Shown here in pieces: positions 54,419 to 64,000 of a stretch of 64,000 nt of DNA (its first letter is position 1; each line of letters starts with the position of its first letter). The stretch comes from Camelus ferus (taxonomy: Eukaryota). The notes under the pieces were generated by a model, which was given only the letters and a program-made list of their open reading frames with translations, searched no databases and was not told where the DNA came from. Where the stretch lies: positions 56,298,001-56,362,000 of the forward strand of contig NC_045707.1 in assembly GCF_009834535.1 (NCBI RefSeq). Reading direction: 5' to 3'. The position numbers were made by a program, and so were the translations under genes.

Positions 54419-54572
54419 ATGGCGCCGGTAAGGCCGGCTGCAAGGTGGCGAAGAGAGAGTTTTGGGACGCATGGTGAAGGAGTTTCATCGGTTGGATTCA
54501 GAAATAAGAATGTGAAACACAGGACGTGGCGACCTAACCATGCGCAGGCCTTCGTGGGGAGCGTTCGCGAAG
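54419..54572 (+). CDS. CCDC59: CCDC59 (TAP26, thyroid transcription factor 1-associated protein 26) exon 1 ([52 protein letters not shown])
   Basis: gccATGg at 54419; donor AAG|gtacgt; 154 nt, phase 1; matches the recalled CCDC59 N-terminus ([17 protein letters not shown]). Confidence 0.94.
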
Positions 54573-55544
54573 GTACGTAAGAGGGCGGCCTTTTACAAGT
54601 CGTCAGGCCTGCGAAATTTTAGGATACACGATCCACCGAAGCAGGGAAGGGTTTAGGAACCAGACCGGAACCCTTCGTGGGGCAGAGGAATCTTTTCTTA
54701 AATGTTCTGATGCTGTGGGCTTCTCAGAGCTCTGGATGGGAAGACGAGGCAGTGTTGCTAACATCTGCCCTGACTTTAAATTTCATTCTTCTTCAGAACG
54801 CTTTTTCTCTGCATTTCCCCTTGAAACTATAAATAGAGAGCACCTACGGGTTAATTTGTGCGTGTAGTACAGTACAGGATAGAAAGACGGGGCCAGGTAT
54901 GTACTGCCTCATACCCTTGCTAATTACAAATTACCCCACAGCCCTCCAGTCTTCTCTTACTGTCTTTACTTCTCTTTAATTCGTGTTTTTCATTTTGCCT
55001 TGCTGTCTTTCAGTACCCTTAAATTCCATTTGGAGTGTCTTTCAGTACCCTTAAATCTTAAATAAGTTTAGTCTTCTGATAATTGCCAGACGTTCAGAAA
55101 GTTATACAGCATCCTCCCTCTTGTGTTGAATTACTTTAGAAAATCAGTTGTATGGTCTTTTCTCTAAGGTAAAATAATAGGGTTTTTTTTTTTTTTATCT
55201 TAGATATTTATTGAAGACCTAGATTAAATATTTTAGATGAATTAAGGAATTTGTTTGATTTGTGGGTACAATAAGTTGGAGTTGTGCAACACTCTAGTTA
55301 TTTTCCCCTCTTTGAAGTTCTTGAGTTCTGCACAACTACTGTTGGTCTGGACTTTTTGCAAAGGACCAACGTACTAGTCATTCCATTAGCTTAAACTTGT
55401 TTTCTTGAAATAAGATTTTAAAGCAAAATAATGTAACTCTTGTATCTGAATGTGATGATGTAAAAAGTATTTTAAATTAACAGGTACACTTTTCATGCAA
55501 CTTATTTTCTGAGAAAGTAATTTATGACCAATATTCTTCAATAG

Positions 55545-55881
55545 GACAAGGCTTTGCATTTCGAAGAAAACTAAAGATCCAGCAAAGTTACAAGAAATTG
55601 CTATGGAGAGAAAAGAAGGCTCAAACCTCACAGGAATCCCAATTCACAGACCGATACCCTGATCATCTGAAACATCTCTATTTAGCTGAAGACGAAAGAC
55701 TTAGGAAGCAAGTTAGAAAAGTTAAGCAGCCTTTGTTAGAACAAGTTGACCAGCCTCTGTCAGAAGAACAAGTTACTCAGCCTTTGCGGGAAGAGCAGTG
55801 TAGCACTGACCAAGCTTTGTCTGAAGAACATTGTAGCATTGAGCAGCCTCAGCCAGGACAACGGTGTAGCGTAAGAGTGAA
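55545..55881 (+). CDS. CCDC59: CCDC59 exon 2 ([55 protein letters not shown]...CSVRV)
   Basis: Acceptor ttcttcaatag|GA, donor GAA|gtatgt; 337 nt, phase 1-2; conserved [12 protein letters not shown] motif. Confidence 0.93.
55721..55870 (+). repeat. Coding degenerate tandem repeat in CCDC59 exon 2 (units of 24, 27, 27, 33 and 33 nt)
   Basis: VKQPLLEQ / VDQPLSEEQ / VTQPLREEQ / [11 protein letters not shown] / [11 protein letters not shown] / CS. Confidence 0.85.
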
Positions 55882-56879
55882 GTATGTGTTACCTTCTTTT
55901 GAAATTCTTCACTGTAGATATAAGTAGTGTTTTATGAAAGAGATTACAGGACAGTTTCTGTAGGAATGGTAATTTTTCTCAAAGCATTTTAGAAGTCAAG
56001 GTAATTATGTGAAAATATTTTCATGGAGGCTTTCTTGTTAGCTTAAATGTCTGTTAGGCCAGTTTAGCTTAATAGAAGAAGTAATGGAGTGGGAATTAAG
56101 AGATTTGGGTTCTGGATTTAAGTCTCTCAAGGCCATTTAACTTATTTGGACATTGATGGACTCCTGTTATTGATGTACTTTTTTTAAAAAAGTAATTTTT
56201 AATAAGTGTGTAATTTAGAGCTGCTATATTGTACAAACCTGGAACGGATTATTTGCACAGACTGTGGTATCCCTAACCTATCTCATGATGTTGTGAAGAC
56301 TAAATGAGTTCATTTAGTTCATACATGGTACTTAAAAAGGCATATGATACATGGGATGTGCTACTTCAGTGTTAACTGATACTACTATTATTAAACTGGA
56401 TTTTTTGTTGTTGTTGCAAACATAGACTAGGTTGCAATTAAAAAAACAAATGAGATGGAACAGAGACAAGTTGGTCAAAGAGCTTTGGGATTAAAGTTCA
56501 TGTACACCCAAAACATCCTTCATAACATCCTTTAATGCCTTTTTCAGTCTCTCATTTCTGCCAGTCATATGCTGGTTTTCTATTTTTAAATATTTGAGGG
56601 TCTTTGAGAGCTTTCTGTATTTTCCCTGGTTGAAATATTTCTCTCAAACTTTCCGTTTGCCACTTTTTCTATCTTGAAAGCTGTAACTATATTTTTTTAA
56701 TATGTTATTTGGACAATTTACCAATAAAATTAATGTCCCCTTTCTTTCAACCTGTCTTCCCCTCTTAAGTTGCTACTGAGATTTGACTATACAAGTACTA
56801 TATTTGACAATTTTGTCATAATTTTGGCTGTATTATTTTTAATCGTTGTGACTTACTTGTCTTCATTTATCTCACAAAG

Positions 56880-56979
56880 CTCCATTACTATTCCAAAGAA
56901 GAATAAAAAGAAAACATCAAATCAAAAAGCACAGGAAGAATATGAGCGGATACAAGCTAAGCGTGCTGCTAAGAAACAA
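56880..56979 (+). CDS. CCDC59: CCDC59 exon 3 ([34 protein letters not shown])
   Basis: Acceptor ctcacaaag|C, donor CAA|gtaaga; 100 nt, phase 2-0. Confidence 0.93.
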
Positions 56980-58739
56980 GTAAGATCTCCTTTTAAAATA
57001 TTTAGATTCATTTTTCTTTATCTTAAGTGTATATGCAAGCTTCTCTTCTTAATATAGGGCACATAATATGCCCTCTATAAATATTTGTATAAACGAATGA
57101 GCTGAGCAAAGCGGGAGAATTTTAACATGTTTAAATTCCTTGGTTGTTTGTATTACCCTTGGGAGGTGATACTGGTAGTTCAACAATAGGCTTTTAAAGG
57201 TACTGCTTGTAGGTTAATAGTATGAACGTCTGGGACAATGTTTCTCAAGAGTATGGTTCAGGTAGTTGCATTTTAACAAGTGCCTCAAGAGATTCTTACG
57301 TGTGATAAAATTTGAGAACTATTAATCTAAGAAAAAGTAGATGATTTTCATAAATTTGCATCAAAGTAAGTTAAAAGTCAGAGGGAGGCATTAGAATAAA
57401 ATATCTTTTTACTCAGAAGAGTTGGTTTTGCTTATTAAAAACCCTACTAGGTTAATTTAGCAGAAAGTTACCACTCTTTCTTATCATTCAGAAACCCAAA
57501 ATTATAATAGCATTTTTTAAATGAGTAAAAACACAATTATGTACAACTTCAACAAAATAAAAATCTGTGGTTAATTTGTATTTCTTGTATTGAAGCTATA
57601 TTAATCTATTACTTTAAAAAGGATTGCACATCAATCAGAAATACTCCAAAGATGGCACTGACATAATTCTTTTTATGTCTTAGCTTTACAGTTTGTGTAA
57701 TTAAGAAATCTGGAAGTTTAACATCTAAAATTCTTACAATTATTCTTAAACCGATGGCAGACTAGGATGAAGGAGGAACATTTCTCCATGGCAAAACTGG
57801 ACCTTTGTTGTATTATGCTTTTTTATAACCAACCATATGATATCAGTCAACTTTGGAAATAGTATACCAGATGAAATAAGGACCATTATACTGTAAAACA
57901 ATATTCTTTAAAAATTTCCTTTATGTATGTATAAATGCTTTGTATTTGTGAAAATTGAGCATCAGCTTCTCATCTGTAAGAGGAAGATGAATTCTAGCAT
58001 AAAAAGTTTTGAAAGAATGGAATATGCTATGATGTATATGAAAGCACTTTGTTAATTATATCACCATACAAATGTAAGGCTGTGTTATTTGGGGGCTATG
58101 TGTGTTACAGAGGAAATTGAAAAATAGTCCACATATTGCATAAAGAACTTTTAAAACTTTCACATTTAATTAAAGAGTATTGCATTTCAAGCAGTGCTTT
58201 TCAGGTGTGTATATAACTGAATTATTTTTCCTTAAACTCAAATGAATTTGAGTCTTTATCTTAGGAAATCAAATGAGCATAGTAATTCTTAAAAGATCAA
58301 ATCATAATACCTAGCACATAGATGCAGTATATAGCTAATAAGTGCTTCTTGAATTAAATCTGTCAGATTGCAAATTAGAAAGAACACCAGATATTCTGGA
58401 AATGAAGATTTTAGTGTTATATGGACTAGATAACCTCTAAAACCCTTTTAACTCTTCAGTGGATCTGATTAAATGATGAAATCATTAGATAAATATGCCT
58501 TCTCTCTTCTGTGCTCTAATTTTATTTGTATACAAATGATTAAAACTGTTCAATAACTTTACATTATTCTATGTTATAGCACGTATTGTAGTATGAAAGC
58601 ACACATGGTATACTGCTGCACTTACAACACTTTATATTTTGTAAAATATAAGACAAACCTTAAGTGTTTGCATGGTGGTAACTATTTCAACAGAATTATT
58701 GAACAGTATCTGCTGTTTTACATATGTTAATAATTTCAG

Positions 58740-58901
58740 GAATTTGAGAGGAGAAAGCAAGAGAGAGAAGAAGCTCAAAGGCTCTATAAAAAGAAGAAAA
58801 TGGAAACGTTCAAAATACTGAGTAAAAAGACTAAAAAGGGCCAACCAAACTTGAATTTACAGATGGAGTATCTTCTGAAAAAAATACAAGAAAAAAATTA
58901 A
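58740..58901 (+). CDS. CCDC59: CCDC59 exon 4, terminal ([53 protein letters not shown])
   Basis: Acceptor aatttcag|GAA; TAA at 58899-58901; [18 protein letters not shown] motif of the Fyv7/TAP26 rRNA-processing family. Total CDS 753 nt = 250 aa plus stop. Confidence 0.95.
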   Translation, partial: EFERRKQEREEAQRLYKKKKMETFKILSKKTKKGQPNLNLQMEYLLKKIQEKN

Positions 58902-59198
58902 ATCAGACGTGTTGTCTGATTAAACAAGAGTTAAAATGTCCTCCAGCTCTTGAGTCCCTTTGTGTGTGTACTGTCCCTCCAAACAGTTAATTAAATTTGT
59001 CAGCAGAGACTGGATTGCTAAGCTATACTAAACATAAAATGTCCAAATATTTTTTTTTCTGTAAAAGAACATTTTCTATATATGCTCTACATGATATGAT
59101 TTGTTTTTTATTTATTTGCTTCATGAAGAAGTGACAGAACCTGCTGTTTGAGTTACAGGTTCAATGTAATACTTTTGTACTGTAGGACATTCAGATGA

Positions 59199-59204
59199 AA
59201 TAAA
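59199..59204 (+). terminator. Probable CCDC59 polyadenylation signal AATAAA
   Basis: First AATAAA about 300 nt after the stop, with upstream TGTA elements (59165, 59176, 59181) and T/GT-rich sequence downstream. Confidence 0.7.
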
Positions 59205-60320
59205 GTGTTTTGAAAATAAGGGAGCAGAATTTTTAATCGTAATATTTAAAAGAGAGTTTTGTGATTTTGTTTCTCAAAAATCTGAAATGTATTTCTGGGT
59301 TAGTGTTTATGGACAGATGCTGAAGGGCAGAAAATACAAGTGCGCTGAAGGGAAGATGGGGTCAGGTACTCCTGAGGCAAATACTGAAGGATGCAACCCT
59401 GTCTCAGCTTCTCCATTCCCTTTGTTAGTCACTTACCTGTATGTCTTCACTCACCTGTGTGTGTTAAGAGGGTGATGGAAATGGTAGGAGATTTGGAAAG
59501 TGATTGTATAAGCTTTTAAACTCACTCTGAAAGCCGTCTGTCTCGATCAGATTTAACCTAGCCTATTGCTTGGTGCCTGTTTCTTGAGAAGTATGCTGAG
59601 GCCAATAAACTCTCCCCAGAATCTTTTGACCAAAAAATAAAATAAGGGAGCAGAGCTTTCAACAAATCATTTCAATGAAATGTTTAAATTTAGTAATCAG
59701 TTTTAAAATTCATTTTACGGTTTTAAAATTCATTTTAATGATGAAGTCCCCTTGGACTTTTCAATTTATGTATTTTAATTTAGGTGCATGTCACAGGGGA
59801 TGGTCTTTCCAGAAATCTGAGAGCAGGCTACTGGGTGCTGAAACTACTCTCTTCCCCCACCATTCTGCAATGTGGTCTTTATCAAGCAGAGTTGGATGTA
59901 AGAATTTGCATAGTCTGATATTTATAAATATTTCCTTGAATGGATGTATATAGCTTGCTAGTTAGTATAAGATCTTTTGAATGATGATAGCAAACCAACA
60001 GTGTCACAGCAGGAATTAAGCATTCCGGATCCTGTGGGACTTTGTCATATAAGCACACTGTCACTGGGCCTTACCAGTGTTGTCTCAGTTGGTACCTTTG
60101 TCATCCAAGGGAAAGCACTGGAATACTGGTTCTCCTCTTGCCTCCTTGCAATCACTGCAAAATGAGAAGGGCTTGGCTATCATCATTATAAACAAAAGGA
60201 CGGTACAATAATATTCATAAAACATTGCATAGTAAAGTTTTATAAGTGGTAGCAGGTGCAGCCAAATATTGGAAGCCCTCCAACCCTACTGATGGCTCTG
60301 TATTTAAAAGAGCAACAGAA

Positions 60321-60419
60321 GGGGGTAGGTATAGCTCAGTGGTAGAGTGCATGCTTAGCGTGCACGAGGTCCTGGGTTCAATCCCCAGTACCTCCATTTA
60401 AAAACAAAACCAAACTCCC
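60321..60419 (+). mobile_element. tRNA-Ala(AGC)-derived SINE (camelid Vic-1 type)
   Basis: tRNA-like body with A box (tagctcagtggtaga) and B box (ggttcaatcc), an A-rich tail, an imperfect 15-bp TSD (aaaagagcaacagaa 60306-60320 / aaaagtgcaatagga 60420-60434) and an upstream TT|AAAA L1 endonuclease site. Confidence 0.88.
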
Positions 60420-63294
60420 AAAAGTGCAATAGGAGATGCTAAGGAAACAGCTTACTAAACAGAATTCTTTATTGCATAGAAAAACGGTGCTTAGAAATTT
60501 GCAGTACATTATATTGCATTTAAAATGAGCAACGTGGCCTAAATTTGGCTATATTGCAAAGCAGAGTAAAATATTTTAATTGCTTTATAATGATTTCACA
60601 TGTATTTTTCATTTACTTCTAGACATTTTATCAGGGTAGGACAAAACAGGAAGAGATCTGGTCTTTTTGAGAGATGAGTGAAATTAGTTAAGTTCATTTT
60701 AACAACTTTTTGTTGAACAGCTGTTATATATGCAGGGTCCATGTTAAGGAGTTATTCTTGAAGAAAAGGAACATACAAGGCAGTAAATGCCAAAGAACAA
60801 CATCATAGAACAAAAAGCAATCAGTGGCCATTCGGTACAAAAGGTTCAGACTTTAACGCACCAGAGAAGCACCCACAGAATTTCTTAAAATGCTTATTCA
60901 AGGGCCCTACCCAAGACTTGCATAACTGATTGGCTCAGTGATTGATGTTTTAACAAGCAACCCCATGATTCTGTTGTGGTTGGTCCTCAGACCACATTTT
61001 GCAAAGCATGGGACCAGGGCCTCCTGAGAGGTGTCATTATGTCTTCAGGCTCAAGGGAATTTTCATGGATGAGATGGCACATGAGAAAAGACTTTCAGGT
61101 TGAGAAGAGAATTAAAGGTGAAGAAGCATGAGGAAAATTACAAGGAGAAGAAAACTTGGGATGTATTTAAGAGCTTATCTACTACAGTCTTAAAAATAGT
61201 TACAAGATAGATACGTGTATGTCATCATTACTGATGGGGGCTAACACTTCTAACCATTACTGATGTTTCCTTCTACGTGAAGGGGGTACCCTCAGCCTAA
61301 CACTCATGGTCTCTTTACTCTTCTTACTTGTTCTGCCCAGGGAGGTAGCGAGTTATATAAATGATAAGTTTGGGAGAGGACCTGGCCTGCCTGCACAGTG
61401 CACATACTCTTAATTACTATTCTCATACTGAAAACTGTAAAGAATGGGCTGTGTTGATGAAGGCAGAAAGGGGACAGAGGCAGAGCAGGGGAGAGGCCTG
61501 TGTTTGGGAGCGTGTAATATCTAAAACTCCCAATTTCTGCTGCGTGGGTCAGTACCTTGAGGGACAAAACAGGAATGAAATTTGAGGGAACACGATACAC
61601 AAGTGGAGAAACTTTGGATGGCCAGAACTTGTGGTTTCAGACTTCAATGTGTGTTCAGGGAGTTTTGATCTTGGCAGTTTGTAGAGGCTTATATTGGACC
61701 ATTAATTTGACTTTTATAAATGTGCAATAGGCTTTTTATTGCTATGGTTTTGGCAAGAGGCTTTAAGCCTGAGAGGCACTTGGGATTTTTGAGCTGAAGT
61801 TTAGGGTAGCTTTGTCCACAGAAAACTGGTTATTTCTACAGAGGTGGCGTACAATTTTGGACCTTAAATAGAAGTGTGTAGGCTTCAACAAAGAAGCAGG
61901 GAGGGGAGTGGAAGTGATGGAGACAGGTTTCAATAAAGGCACAGAATGTGGCCGTGTGGTGCCTACCCATATGCTGGCCTCCCGGATGGCCTCAGCTGTA
62001 TCAGCCAAAATGAAGTTTATCGAGCTATTCTGGCTGTGGTGGCGTTAACAAAGGCATTGGCATGTGCAGGCAGCCTCAGGGTACAGGCTGCTGCAGTTTA
62101 ACCTTGAACTACATTTAAATTCATGTATGAGCATCAGGGGCCTCATCAGAGGCTGCAGAGACACCAGAATGCAAGTTCATTTGAGGCAAGAATTTAATGA
62201 TGGAAAAATATTTATAGATATGCTAAACATTAATGACTATATCAGTATTTGCTATTTTTGAACATCAAGGCAGAGGACTTGTAGGCAATACAGAGCTCTA
62301 GCAAAGTTCATGGTTTACACTGTCCATGCCAGTCATAAAATGCAGTGTAAAAGAGCAAATTTTGAATATAAAGAGATTTTGATTATACTAGATGGGAAAG
62401 ATCAGGACCACAAATGAGACCTGGTGACTGGGACTGCACCACTGCAAATCTGTACTTTGCAAGATAGCATCGGTGTCTCAACTGCCACTCTGAGGGAAGG
62501 TACAGTGTGCCAGGCAAAATGCATGCTGATAAATTTAACTTCTTGCTGAAAAATTTCTTCCAATTTAGTCTAAGTGTGCAGGGCATAGACCCCTGACAAT
62601 GGGCATGAACTGATTGGCATTCTGATGAGGCTCAAGCCATCCCCAGTTATCCCCATTCCTACAGACCCATGAGTTTCTACTGTAGAGTTTCAGTAACATG
62701 TTGTCTTTGACAAAAATAGCTACTGGGTCTGGGAACATAATTTTGTCCAGGTGTGAAGCAAGTGTTATGATAGCCTTGAGTATTCCATTACTTCTTTAGA
62801 CCTTTTAAAAATTGAGACACCCCATAGACTTGATGCTGAATTAATTTAACTTTTGAGGAGCTGAAGGAGCTACATCCATTTCCAAGAAAGACACACAGGC
62901 TGCAGCTGCTGTCGGAATCTATGTAGTCACTAACATTTCTTGCTGTGAGTTGAACAAAGTAAGAAACTGGGAGGTACTTTAATTTCATTAGACTTCTACC
63001 ACATAAGGGCAAGAACACTAGATTCTGGATTGTGATTTTATTGCCTTTGCACATTAACTTGAAAGGTAATTTAATAGATTTTTTTTTTCTCCCTAGGAGT
63101 TTGAGAGGGGGAATATATAAAATACGGGACATCACATTTTGCTGGCAGTTTAACATGGGGCTCTCTTTAAGTATTTGGGTAATTGCCACTGAGAACATCT
63201 GATTGAATTATCCATGGCACTGAGAGAGCTCCACCCCAAAGGTCACATTTCATGGGCCTAGTGACCTCGGGGTCTCACAAATAGTAGATTTCTT

Positions 63295-63425
63295 AAGGTA
63301 TAATCAATTGAACGTATTTAAAATGTATAATTTGGTGAGTTTGGGGACATGTATACACTCATGAAACCATCGCCACAATCACAAATTTGTCATCATTATC
63401 TCCAAAAGTTTCCTCATGGCCCTGA
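63295..63425 (-). mobile_element. L1MA/L1MB 3' end fragment
   Basis: tatttaaaatgtataatttggtgagttt...catgtatacactcatgaaaccatcgccacaatca...ccaaaagtttcctcatggccct. Confidence 0.75.
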
Positions 63426-63607
63426 AATCTATGATCTTGCTAGTCTTGCAGCTTTTATTGATTTTAATTGTGTGTCTCTGTTCCAGCAAACTTAACTGAG
63501 ACTTGCTCTATAATAGCATTATGAAATTAAATGTTTGCCAGGTGGCACCACATCAGAGCAACCCAAATTGTGGCAGTTCCTTCACGGTACTGTCCTCTCC
63601 TAGTGCA

Positions 63608-63960
63608 ATGTTCGATCAGATTCCTTGTACCCTTTGGGCTAAAGACTCTACTGATATGAGTAGAATATTTGAAACTGGCCTACTAAGATTCAAATGAATC
63701 ATAACCGCCCCCACCACCGCCACACACACACACTGAGGTCATCCCAATATCCATTCAAACCTGAAGAAATCTCAGGAATAAAATACATTACTAATCTTAG
63801 AATAAGGATGGCCACATCGTAGTCCTTGCAATACTCCCACAAAGCCAGTTAAGAAGCCTATCAGAAAAGGCTACCCCATTTGTTCAAGATCTCAAGGTGA
63901 GGAATAGAATGTCATTCCTAGTTTCCTGGTAATTCCCAACACACATATGTCCTGTCCTCC
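63608..63960 (+). mobile_element. Degenerate class I (gammaretrovirus-like) ERV pol fragment, RT N-terminal region
   Basis: Frameshifted translation gives DQIPCTLWAKDSTDMSRI...QYPFKPEEISGIK...SPCNTPTKPVKKP...FVQDLKVRNR...VIPSFLVIPN, in the order of the retroviral RT motifs (LWA, QYP, SPxNTPxxPVKKP, VQDLR, VPNP). Confidence 0.85.
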
Positions 63961-64000
63961 TGTTAGAGCAGGCAGATAGCTAGATATGAGCAGAGAAAGG
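63961..64000 (+). mobile_element. 5' start of an ERV1 LTR (MER50/MER4-group-like), cut by the window edge
   Basis: TGTTAGAGCAGGCAGATAGCTAGATATGAGCAG resembles recalled LTR starts; it begins with TG directly after the pol fragment. Confidence 0.55.

Larger units (their letters stand above)
53820..54620. promoter_or_regulatory. CpG island and bidirectional promoter of METTL25/CCDC59
   Basis: The only strongly GC- and CpG-rich stretch in the window. It covers both first exons, with divergent ATGs 164 bp apart and a CRE/ATF-like TGACGTA at 54380-54386. Confidence 0.88.

Noticed and set aside
55868..55876. AGC|GTAAGA as the CCDC59 exon 2 donor
   Set aside because: It would shorten the exon by 11 nt and break frame with exon 3; the donor after 55881 keeps the frame.
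60321..60396. Genuine tRNA-Ala gene
   Set aside because: Extra 5' bases, an A-rich tail, a TSD and an L1 endonuclease site indicate a SINE.
62788..63198. 136-aa minus-strand ORF with faint integrase-like words (YFVQLT, CVFLG)
   Set aside because: The similarity is too weak to support, and it is on the opposite strand to the clear pol fragment; a BLASTX search would be needed.

Overview
This window is mammalian genomic DNA: AT-rich, intron-dominated and full of eutherian repeats. It is most likely from a camelid, judged from a tRNA-Ala-derived Vic-1-type SINE and a camelid-type L1 3' end. It holds a head-to-head gene pair at a CpG island near 54 kb. On the minus strand is METTL25, a seven-beta-strand methyltransferase. 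Its coding exons 1-9 lie between 54254 and 6951 (1593 nt, 531 codons, all GT-AG and phase-consistent), and its last exons lie beyond the left edge. On the plus strand is a complete four-exon CCDC59/TAP26 (54419-58901, 250 aa) with a polyA signal at 59199. The two start codons are only 164 bp apart. The rest is intronic or intergenic sequence with Tigger1, MER2, MER20, MER5, MIR, L2, L1, MLT1/LTR and a decayed class I ERV pol fragment. Most ORFs in the supplied track are chance ORFs or repeat debris. I found no convincing novel multi-gene system. The most interesting details are a pure (GCG)8 polyalanine tract in METTL25 exon 1, a degenerate duplicate of the exon 1 3' end that could give a PTC-containing isoform, reciprocal antisense Kozak ATGs at the shared promoter, a variable coding tandem repeat in CCDC59 exon 2, and a few young insertions or duplications. 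Gene and repeat names and human comparisons come from recalled sequences, not from database searches.
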